Origin: Lama guanicoe
Lineage: Eukaryota
Direction of reading: 5' to 3'
Length of the DNA stretch: 64,000 nucleotides
Assembly: GCA_013239625.1 (NCBI GenBank)
Contig: MU053881.1
Span: 6,967,957-7,031,956 of the forward strand
Positions 24,912-35,800 of this stretch are shown here, piece by piece. The stretch's first letter is position 1. Every line of letters begins with the position of its first letter. The translations under genes were made by a program, and so were the position numbers. The notes under the pieces were generated by a model. That model was not told where the DNA came from. It saw only the letters and a program-made list of their open reading frames with translations, and made no database searches.

Positions 24912-25266
24912 TTAAAAAGCAACTTCATTGTGGTATAATTTCTGTACAGTAAACTACACATATTTCACATGTGCAATTTTATGAATATTGATAGATGTAT
25001 GTACCTATGAAACCACCTCCACAATCAAGATACCTAACAGTGCCATCGCTCCCCGAGAAGTGCAAATCTCGAGCTCCCAATGTATCCCTTCCCACCCCGC
25101 TTACTCCCTGGTAACCATAAGTTTGTTCTCTGTGTCTGTGAGTCTTTTTCTGTTTTGTAAGTAAGTTCATTTGTATCTTTTTTTTTTCAAGACTTCACAT
25201 ATAAGCAATACCATATGGTATTTTTCTTTCTCTTTCTGGCTTGCTTCTGAATGATGATTTCCAGGT
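24912..25266 (-). mobile_element. LINE-1 3' fragments (older L1M-type end abutting an artiodactyl-type L1 3' UTR piece)
   Basis: ttcattgtggtataattt...aaccacctccacaatcaagata followed by ccctggtaaccataagtttgttctctgtgtctgtgagtc. Confidence 0.7.
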
Positions 25267-27009
25267 TATATTCTGAGAAATAATTGACTTAGAGCTTCGT
25301 GGAGCATCTTCTACATATAATCAAATATGTGACCGTAGTAGAAACTTATTTTGGCTACTGATGCCTGAATTCAGTCATTTTTGATCAGAGATGTCATCCT
25401 CTAACATCACCCCATTCTCTAAACCAGCGCCTTACTTGTTTCCATGTAATACTTGTTTTAATCTAAATTTATATTTCTGTTTACTTTTTTGTTTTGTTTG
25501 GGCCTGTCTCTTTCACTATCACTGTTTATCTCTTGTAAGGGCAAGAACCTGGCATCTTGTTCACCCTTGTCTGCTCACTGTCCTTGTACTCTGTGCCTAG
25601 CACAATTCCTGCAACATAGCAAGTGCTCAATAAATCTTTGTCCAGCGACCAAATGAAGGAGGTGGCCTGTCACAGTGGCCACTCTCCAGTCAGAGAAGCC
25701 AGGGTGTCCACCAGCACCTGCCCCTCTGCTGGGCTCTCAAGGAAGCTCTGACAGCAGAAGTCCTACCTTCATGGCTTTAAAGCCCCCTGAAGAAGACACA
25801 GCTCCCGTGGTGACCAAGAAGCAAGTGGATGAACCGCAGAATCTAAGCACTGAGCATCCTCTCTTAGTTTTGTCTGCTTTCTGATTCTGGTGCACAGAAC
25901 AGAGACCCAGGAGAGCAATGAGAAGCATACTCGTGGTTGTTCTAGAAGGCAACAACAGGCCTGAAACCTTCAGAGCAGCCGTGCCTGGTGTGGGAAGAAT
26001 TATGAAATTCTGTCTCTGATAAAAGAACTCTCTTGGCTGTGGATCATCATTTGAATAAAAATCAGATGACTTAGGATCTGTCCAAAATGAAGGATGTTTT
26101 AATACTTTGTGTGTAAAAACACTGATAGTTTGCTTCTTTTTTATTAAACAGATTTTATTATTTTTCAGATTCTTGTCAGCATAATCATTTTACGGGTGGA
26201 TGAAATATTCAGCCCTGCTGCTGCAAGAGTTCTTTTCACAGCAATTACCTTGTGGCACTTTTGCTGTAATTAGGTTTTTACCCAGGATTTTTCCCCGGGT
26301 CTGTGTAATAAATGAAATATGACCAGAATTTAAATTTGTCAATTACAAGCAAGCATAGTGCATAAACACACAACAGAACCATGAATTTCAAACTGCAGGC
26401 TGTTGCTGGGGGGCAGATGCTCTGAAAATTAAAATGGAAATAAAACTACTGACTGGCAAGTGGAAAGTGATCCCCAAAGAAAGCAAGTCTCCCCTAACAC
26501 TCTCGCATGGTTCTACCCAACAGTGCGAACTCTTGATTACAAATTCTTCACCGTAGAACTGACAAATCAAGGAGTAAGTAGTGAATTTGTGTTAAAATAA
26601 TTTTCACGGGCTTCTGATCTCCTGCCCTAGGAATTTTTATGTTTCTTGAAGCTCGATCCAAAGGATTTTGGACACTGCAGACCAGAGCTCCACTGCATTA
26701 CATAGCCTGAAGGTGGCATTCTGTCTGAGCAGTTAAAGGACAGACAGATCCGGGGACGATGGGGTCTGCTGTCTCCTGGAGCTGCTAGTCTCACTGACCT
26801 GACTTCAATAATTGCTCCTGTGGGGCCCTCTGCCGACCATCTCTTGTACAGGGGGAAGCTCTAGGAGTCTGCACTGTGGATGACTCTGACAAATCAAGTA
26901 CTTCATTAAAGGAAGCACAAAGTAAGAGCCAATTTTTTGAACTTGCATGTGTAAGAAGCCCTAGGGAAAGAAAAAGGGACTCACGCTTTTGTAAACTCAC
27001 CAAAGACCA

Positions 27010-27720
27010 TACATTTATTCATGCAACAAGTCTTCCTTGAGTATCTCTTCTGTGCCAGACAGCAAGATTTAGGTGTATAGCGGTGAGCCCAGACCGACAG
27101 GTCTCTTGCTGGTCTGAAGGGGGATGTAGACAGCTTGTGGTCTGGAGGAAGAAATAGGTCGGAATCCACAAACAACACGATTTAATTAGGCACTGTCTCG
27201 CAGGATGTGTGACATGCCATGGCAGGGCCAGCTTTCAGGGAGGGTGTCCCTGAGGTAGGGGCATTCAGGCTGAGATCAGAAGAAGAGAAGACAACCTAGT
27301 AGATGAGAGGACTTGAAAGAATGTCTAGCAAGGCTGGAGTGCAGGGAGCTAGGGCATGCCTGGGACTAGAGAAGCCTGGAGAGGTGGGCAGAGGCCAGAC
27401 CATGCCCAGGCTGTAGCGGCTGTGTGGCGGATTATGGTCTCTCCTGACACCTGTGGGAAGCTACGAAGTTCTCTTAAATAGAGAATGGGAATGGTGGTGG
27501 CTGATATGATCTTATCTGTGGTTTGGAAAGATGACCCTGGCTTCATGATGGAGAACAGACTGAAAGAGGGAAAGCATAGACTCCGGAAGCCCAGGTAAGG
27601 GCTGGTGGAGTAGTCCATGTGAACGTCGGCAGCACCTTGTTTCAAATGGGGGCAGAGAACTGGACATTAATTCAGAGAGTGTTTAGGAGATAAAATCAAC
27701 AGGGACTTGGGGATGGGTGA
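27010..27720 (-). mobile_element. L2 LINE fragment
   Basis: catttattcatgcaacaag...tgtgccagac start and typical purine-rich L2 antisense body. Confidence 0.6.
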
Positions 27721-29230
27721 TACATGGTCATGGAAGGATGGGGCATTAAGCATGGCCAGATTATCTCATTTAATTGTTAGAATTTTCCATAAGAGCATAT
27801 CCCCATTTTACACATGGGAAAATCGAGGCTCGGAGAGGTTTAGTGTCGGGCTTGAGATCACTCAGCTGGGAATTGGCAAGACCACATGCCTACTACTCCC
27901 CTGCAGTATGTCTGAGGTCGCATGGGGTATTCACTTAGGAACCCGTTTCTCCCGTGTCTTTTCAGTATATCCCCTACTTCTTGAGAATATCCCCTAAAAT
28001 GCTTGCTGTATTTGTTTCCTTGTCTTTCTTTTCTTTCCTGCTCACTTGTTGAGGCCTGGGCCTTATTTGCCTCTGTATTGTCAGTAATTAGGCTAATGCC
28101 TGGCTCAGAATGGGAGCCAGGGAGAGTTTGTTGAGTGAATAAGAAACTTGCACCAATCTCCTATGGAAGGGAGCTAATTGGAAGGCAATGTGTATTTTAA
28201 GCCACATTCTCACTGAACTGATTCTCTCCTGCACCAGGACCACAGTTTTGTGGTTTTTATTAGAATGCTCAAAAGGGATTTTAAGGAGGATCTAGAAGTT
28301 TCTAGTGGCCTACTGTGGTTAAAAAAGCACAGGATTTGGAATCATATGTCTTTGGACTTAAATCTTAGCTCCTCGTTTATAAGCTGCACATCCTAGAGTT
28401 ACTTATCCTTTCTGAGTGTTCGTGTCTGTGTGTGTAAAATGAGGATAATTTGAGCATTTACTCAATAGGGCTGCTGTGAAGATTGCATTTTATCATTTGT
28501 ACAAAGAGCTTAGCACATTAGTATATAAATTCCCTGTTTTTTGCAGAATAGAAGGGTCAATATTTCATGACTAGCTAAGAAGGTGGATGGGGCCAGGAAT
28601 TTTTCTCCATTTGGCCTCAAAATTCCTGTCACTTATAGATTCCTCTTCCTTGTGGTTTATTCTGGAATAAGGAAAGAGGTTGGCTCTCTGGGGGTCCCTG
28701 ACAAGCTGACAGATGTCTCCTAAGGCAGCTTTCAACAGAGAGCTCTTTTTTATTATTATTATTATTCTTTGTGACTTACAGTGTGTGCCTACAAGCCTCT
28801 GGGCACGATCATCGGGTAGGAATGGAATTAATAAATCGGATCTGGTTCCTGCTTAATTCATGACTCTGACAAAATTAAAAATGGAGACAGGTAGGAGAGC
28901 CTAAGCAAACATAGTGTCCCAAAGCCTAGATTCTGCGGCACAAGGAACTGCAGGAAGAATGCTACCTAACCAGAACTGCAGCTGGAGCCAGACAGATGTC
29001 CAGGTGGAGCAGAGCAACCTGAGGACACACCGGAAAGCAACAAATATTACCAATCTAAACATTTTGATTTAAGGAACCCAGGGCTCTGGGGTCATGCATG
29101 TGTGGGTCCAAATCCTGGCCATGTGACTTATCTCTATAAGTTGAGAGAATGGCTCAAGGTCACACAGCTGGTTCTTTGCAAAACTGGGTTAAGATGTAAG
29201 TCTGAACTAAAGCCTGTGGTTTTTTGTCAT

Positions 29231-30181
29231 TGTAGGAGAGGAAAAATAATGTTCCCTCTACCCTTCTAAGTTCTTGGCTAAGGCTCCTCATGATAAAGAC
29301 ACATTTTATTACAAGAGAAAAACAAACAGAAGTTTATAAACATTGTTAAAAAGAAACAAAATTCAACTGAGTAAAATTTAAAGATCTTATTGGCTTTATT
29401 CAATGATTTAGGAATCAGAGAGCATCCAGTCCAGCAGACAGAAAGGAGCTCCAAGGAGCTGTACCAAATGAAAGACTTTTATAGGCAGAAGGGAGCAGGA
29501 ACAAGGAGGTTATACTAGGTGAAAAAGTGGGTTGATTATTACAAGGTTACTTTCCTTTAGGGAATAGCAGGGGCTGATCAGGCAGATTACCTAACTAGAG
29601 CCCATTAAGCGATTCCTGACTGACTGGTTTAAGATTCTTTTCTGGGAGAGCTGAAACTGTAATTTAACTAAGTCTCAGTTTGGGGACGTGGGGCTGAGCA
29701 TAAGTAACTCCATTTTGAACCAGGTGTCTTGTTTTTAACAACGTATATACCTTGTATATCCATGCTGGACACCCAGAGAAACTAACTCCCTGCCTGAAAT
29801 GGCCCAAGCCTCCACCTTAAACACCATCTTCCCTTAAAGACAAAAGAAAGATGGGAAGGGTGGGAAGGCCAATTATGGGACGTTACCAGGAAAGGCACAG
29901 TAAACAAGGGTAAGATTTACTATGCAGAGTTAAGTCAGTGCCTTCTCCATTGACAAGAGTTTCTTCTGCTTTAGTCATCCTCCTATTCCTGGTACAGAGA
30001 TGGAGATACTTACAAATAGAGAAAAACTTCCTTTATAAAGACAAACGTTCCTTACAAAAGAGTAACTTCTACTCCGTTTAAGAGCTTCTCTTGCATCTAC
30101 AATTTCTTAAAAATAATCAGCTCACAATAATCTTTATGCCAAAAAAGCCATATTTTGGCATGGCATATTCTTCTACTTTCA
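29231..30181 (-). mobile_element. MER34-like ERV1 solo LTR interrupted by a second LTR
   Basis: TG...CA ends flanked by a perfect TCAT duplication (29227-29230 and 30182-30185). The minus strand starts tgaaagtagaagaatatgccatgccaaaatatggctttt..., like the MER34 family. Confidence 0.85.
29344..29740 (-). mobile_element. MER41-like (artiodactyl MER41_BT-type) ERV1 solo LTR nested in the MER34-like LTR
   Basis: Inverted termini TGTTAAAAA...TTTTTAACA and ACAT/ACGT flanks. Minus-strand TATAAAA (29477-29483) and AATAAA (29395-29400). Family name assigned from memory of the consensus. Confidence 0.8.
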
Positions 30182-33100
30182 TCATTATGTTATATTGTTT
30201 ATGAACATAGTATGGCATATAATTGTTGCTTAAATACTTACTGCATAACTTTGAATTCCTTAAAATGAACACCTAGTACACAGAAAGAGCTCAATAAATG
30301 CATACTGAAAGTTTTATTGTCTTAACCCCCCCCCCAATTCCCTGCCCCCTCAATTCCCTGCTCCTACCCTACAAACAATTACATCAATCACTGGAAAAAG
30401 TATCTTGGAGAGAAACATCTGAAGACCTTCACAAATTACCAAATTCACAATATAAAAATAAATATCTGCACAGCACGAGGCTGTCTTTCCAATCTCATTT
30501 CCCTTCAGTCATGAGATTTCTGGATAAACCTTCACACCACACATTGACCACTGTTTTTTTCTCCCCATTTTTTCCCTCTATGGCCACTTTTCACAATGAA
30601 GTATGGTTTTTACCTTAGGAGAATTGCCCCATATGTGCTGTAGACTCAAGCAGTGATGAAATGGGGGAGTGGGCAGCACTGGGGCTCCCTTACTCCATCC
30701 CAACCACAGCAGGATTCAAATTCTCCCCTCAGCAAAATGTCAACCGGCCACCTGTCACTCACTGACCCCTTGGGTGCTTGTCCAGTGTCAAAGCCAGGGG
30801 ACCCGAGGCCAGAGGTCAGTAGTATTGTGAGGCGTCTATGGACCATTCCCTCCCCAAAGCCAGGCTCAACCCTCTTTTGGGCCACAAATACTGTCCCCTG
30901 TTTTGATCTTGAGCTTTCTAACACTTCCAGGCTTATGTCTGATCATAGCCGATATATTATTTTTGACGCAAAATTTCTCTAGTTACAAACCTGAAACCAT
31001 CGTGGAAGATTCAGAAAAGTGCCCCCAAAGAAAAATGAAATCACCTGTAATCTCTCCACTATTTTTGCACAAAGCCTACCAGTCTTTCCCCTCACCTATT
31101 TTACAGCCTTGGGGAAAGAATTATCCTTCAAATGTCCTTATGTTAAAGACAAGAGGAGAAAAAGACATCTTTAAATTACCTCTTACAGAAAGAACCCAAG
31201 TAATCCCTATTATGTAAACTCTTTCAGAGAAAGTCTATTCAAAATTGTCGCTAAGTCATTTGTTGCTATAGCAATGCTTGGCCCCAGAGTGCAGTAAACA
31301 ACCATCCTGACTCCAGCCTCTAAACAGAAGCTGCCATTATCTCCCTCAGAGCTCTTCAGAGGGGCTCATTTTGCCAAAGCTATTCATTTAAATTAGCAGC
31401 TCCCTTCTTAGTCGCTTGAATTTCTTTTCTTTAATACCATGCCACGCCAGGGGCCTGAAAGAGCAGGGCAGTAAATTGAGATGCTGAGGGTTGGAGGCAG
31501 CTCCTCTTTGGCTGGTGGCCTTCTGGGGATCTGAGGTAAAGGCAGGTGCTGTCTTTGCTGGGCACACGGTCTGCCATCTTGGATGCACGTCACTCAGCGC
31601 AAAGCAATGTAAGCTTCAGCCTTATGGGCTCAATCCAATTCTAGTGAAAATTCTGACAATGCCATATTTAACCAACCCAGGTTTCAAACCAAAAGTACTG
31701 AGAAAACCTCACAGAGAACATTCTGGAAAGCTCTCTGTAATGTTATGTACAGTGCAGAATATTACAGCTGAAGGGATGCGGGCTGGTGAAGGGGGAAGAT
31801 ATTCAAAGTGCAGAATATACGTTATTTCATTCGATTCTGACAATAATCCTAAAGGGGCAGGCAGTATTTTTTCTTTCCTATTTTAAAGAAAAGGAAACAG
31901 AGGCTTAGAAAGATTAAATGATTTGCCCAAGGTTCCTGACCAGAAAGTGGTAGAGCCAAGTTTCAAGCCCATACTGTCTACCTCAGAACCCGTTTTCTTG
32001 GGCCTAAGATGTATTGCCTTGACGGACAGGCACAGACACGTATGGAGGTTCTACCCTTTGCCCAAAATGCTAGCGATTTTACATACATTGTTTAAACATC
32101 ATTTTTGGCCTGGGTGGACATTGTCATCCCCATTTGCCAGATACAGAAACTGAGGCCCAGCGGTGTGGTGTGTCCAAGGTCCAAGGTCACCCAGTCAGCT
32201 ATAGTAAAGAGGGACTTGAACGCCTGTGCTTTTTCTCTGCACAGCCTTGCCTGGTACCTAGAAATCATGAAGCCTACTGCCCTCTGTATACAAATGAGGG
32301 AACTGGGGCCCACGAATGCCAAGTGACTTGCCCAAGGTCATGGCTCCAGATCCAGAGACTACCTCCCTCTGGTCCGACAAGATTTCATTTGCTGGCCTGT
32401 TATTCAAATAGCCCCTTCTAACTGGCCAAGTCCTGGGGTGTCTGCAAAGCAACTGCCTTGGAAGGCTGTGGTTTACTGCAGGATTACACGCAACTCATAC
32501 ACTTGGGAGGATGAAACAAATTGTTCTAATACCCGGGATGGGGTGAAACAGTTCCCGTCGAGTATGGGCCACCCCTACTGGTTAAAGTTCTTCAGTGACT
32601 GCATTCCTAGGCTTTCTAATCAAATTATACGTGGCCGCCTTTGACTTAAGTATTGACCTACTTGGATTTTTTTTTTTGAATGCACTGAATAGGCGATTAG
32701 ATGTGCAAAACACGATTCGTGCATGTGGAGCTGCCCCTGGCTGCTTTACACACTCAAAAGAGAGCAATGACCCTGGCAGGTGCTTTTGCAATTTAGGGTC
32801 CGCGCAGGGCAGTGGTTCCACTTACCTCTGCACCGTAGCTGAGAAGGCCCTCCAAGACCTGAGCCTGCCTGCCAGCCAGCCTCGCCTCTCACCTCTCAGA
32901 CCACTACCCGATACTCTGCCATTCCCCAGACACGTCAGGTCGCTCTGCGTGGCTCTGCCTCCACCCTCGATGCCCTCCTCTCTCGTGGCTTCTCATAGTC
33001 TCCTGGCTGAGTGTTACTTACTCTTCCAGAAAGAGATACAATGGCTTGCTGAGGCTCTAAGAAGCGCCTCTCAAAGGGTGGTCCTCGGCAGGTGCCAGTC

Positions 33101-33329
33101 TGCAAACCATTAACAGGTCCACAGTGAGATAAGTACAAAAAGAAGCAATTGGACAGAGTGATGCCTGTTGAATCTGGTGATCATAAGTTTGTGCTAGTAT
33201 TTTGTATGTCTTTGCTTTTTTTAAATTTTCATTTTCATTGTATTGTACAACAGTGTTGGTGTGTGAGGGAGCAGAGAAACAAAAGCAGAACTTGTGTTTC
33301 CTGCAGCTGAAGTGCCGAGCCCTTCACTT

Positions 33330-33800
33330 GCCTTGATCGCCTGTGACCCCCTCCCCAGCCTCACCTCCCTCCGCATCTCTCCTTTCCACAACATTCCTGC
33401 TCTCATTTGCTTCCTGCCTTGAATCTTTTTCCTGCCCAACAGCTCATGCATCCTCTCTCCATGTAGCCTCTGCTCCCAGCCTTCTGGGGCATCTTGAATG
33501 TGGCTTCCTCGGCCAGGCCTCCCCGCACACCTCAGCCTCACTTGGAACACTCCTCGTACGCCTGCGACACCTGCTGTTCCTTTCTTCCTAGCACCTGGTC
33601 CTGGCCGAAGAGCATGCCGGGAGTTCCACTGTTTAATGCTAGACCTCCCTTACCCCATGATATTAAACTCTGTGAAGGCAGATCACATCACACTAGCTTG
33701 TCCATCATCGTCTCCCTGGTTTCCAGTAAAATGCTTGGCACATAGTAGGTGCTCAGTAAACATTTTTTTGGCTCTTTGGATGACTGAGGAAATGAATGAT
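33330..33800 (+). mobile_element. L2 LINE 3' fragment
   Basis: Ends ...gcttggcacatagtaggtgctcagtaaacattt...gaaatgaatga, the canonical L2 tail. Confidence 0.6.
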
Positions 33801-33956
33801 CAACAGAATGCAAAGATCATCAGCTGTTCTAGTGGATTTTCTGCCTGCCCTTGGGCAGGGCTGTTTACTTCATCTTCCTGATCCCTTCTTGTGCCTTATT
33901 AAACTCAAAAAAAAAATCATTTCTTCTAAAATATACTCTCAAAAAGTAGAGCTTTG

Positions 33957-34041
33957 TAGGGGGAGGGTAGAGCTCAGTGGTAGAGTGTGTGCTCAGCATG
34001 CATGAGGTCCTGGGTTCAACCCCCAGTACCTCCACTACAAA

Positions 34042-34080
<39 letters not shown>

Positions 34081-34119
34081 ACCAAATTACCTCTCTTCCC
34101 CCACCAAAAAAAAAAAAAA
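33957..34119 (+). mobile_element. tRNA-derived SINE (camelid Vic-1-like) with (TAAA)n and poly(A) tail
   Basis: GGGGAGGGTAGAGCTCAGTGGTAGAG...GGTCCTGGGTTCAACCCCCAGTACCTCCA (A and B boxes). 16-bp TSD AAAAAGTAG[A/G]GCTTTG at 33941-33956 and 34120-34135. Confidence 0.9.
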
Positions 34120-34124
34120 AAAAA

Positions 34125-34345
34125 GTAGGGCTTTGGCATCAGGGAGAAATGAGTTTAAATCCTAGCTCCTCCACCAACCAGCTGTACAACCATACGCAAG
34201 TCATCTGAACTCCTTGAGACTCAGTTTTTCCCATCTGTAAAATGGCCGTATAAACACTTCCCTCACAGGATTGTTGCAGGATTAGATGAGATAGCACCAT
34301 TAAAAACACTAAGCAGAGTGGCACAGAGTGGATGCCCAGTCAGTG
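34125..34345 (+). mobile_element. MIR SINE, directly after the tRNA-SINE insertion site
   Basis: ggctttggcatcag...gtttaaatcctagctcc...ctcagtttttcccatctgtaaaatgg core. Confidence 0.75.
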
Positions 34346-35519
34346 TTTGTTCTTTTCTTCTCTGTTTCCCCTCCTTACTCTGTCATGATTTCACGAAGTC
34401 ACAGGTAGTGCCTGATTCGTCATGGTACTTACAGAGCCTGAGATACAGTGGTGCTAAATACAAGTGTGTTGAGTGAATTAGTGACTATATAGTTATTCAA
34501 TTATTATTATTAAACTGTTAAATAAGCAATAATTACACCAAGTCATCAAGGTGTTCAGTTTCTTAATCTGCAAAGCGGGGAAAAATAACCTGTATTGTTG
34601 AGATAATTAAACAAAATAATGCGTGTAAGTGTTTAACACATAACAAATATTCGATAATTGGTAATTGTTGTTAGAAGAAGAAGGGGGGAAAGAAAAACAA
34701 GAAGAGGATATCAGATGGTATGCCCAACTCCCAGCACCAAGTTCATTTGAAATAAAGTAAAGAAGCAGACAGATAAAGGCAGTGGGTAGGGGTCTGGCTG
34801 GACTTCTTTCCAGAAGCATAATGAGGAGGTGGACATGAAATCCCAGCCTGCTCCAGCCACAGCTCAGGTCACAAGCCTTAAAGCGATTCTGTCTACAGTC
34901 AGGAGTGACAGCAGGGGGTGCTGTTTCCTCAATAAAGAGATGGCCAATTCCCTGCAGCTTTGATACAGACTGAAAGAGCTTAGCTGGAAGTTGGAGGAGG
35001 AGTAAGTTCCTTGTGGCAGGAGGTCCGTAGGTTCTGAGCAGAAATCTGTTGACCGATACTCCCAAGTCCAGGGCCCTGAGGAACAGCCTCTTTTTGTCCC
35101 TGGCAGGCTAGTCACGTGCCCTCTCTTGCATCACCAGCTTAAAGGAGGGACATCCATGTGTGTGGATGGAAGCGGGGAGAAGCAGAGGACTAGACCCTCA
35201 CACCTCAAAGGGTCCTTCCCGCTGTATCTGGGTTGTGCGTCCCTCCTGGGGCCACACCGGGGGTGGGCGGAGAGAGGGAGCTGTACTGAGGCTGCTGAGG
35301 GCTGCCCTTTCCAAACTCTCACCTGCACGGAGGCCTAACGGCGATATGCTACCATTCCTTCAGAGCTCATTATCTGGGGTCCTCCTTGACAAAGAGACTT
35401 CTTCTAGTTACCTCTTTGATTATGCAGATTTCAAATAGGAAAGGCAGCATGCATGCTTGATTCTTCTCCCCTTTTTAAAATCCATTTTGAAAATAAATGA
35501 GCTGGCTCTCTAGAATCTT

Positions 35520-35800
35520 CCAAAAGTGATCACCATTCCAGTATCATTTATAAACCCAAGGATTTGAGCAGAGTTGGCGTTTCTCAATCCTTTGCTGTTG
35601 TCACCTTTATTGACGCTCAGGTTGTCCCATTTTTGGCCAGTGGGAGCCTCTTCAAATTTTCTTCTGAGTCCTGTGGTCACAGCCCCGGTGGCCTTTGATG
35701 GCTCCCTGGCTGACAAGCTTTTCCAGGCTTATTTTGTACATTTCCTGCCCTAGACCTGGAATCGGCCATTTTTCCTACATTTTTCCTAAGGACCTTTGCA
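35520..35800 (-). mobile_element. L1MC-type LINE-1 3' UTR fragment
   Basis: ctcaggttgtcccatttttggccagtgggagcctcttcaa...ttgtacatttcctgccctagacctggaatcggccattt. Confidence 0.65.

Noticed and set aside
33959..34035. tRNA-like sequence
   Set aside because: Has a (TAAA)n/poly(A) tail and a TSD, so it is a SINE rather than a functional tRNA gene.
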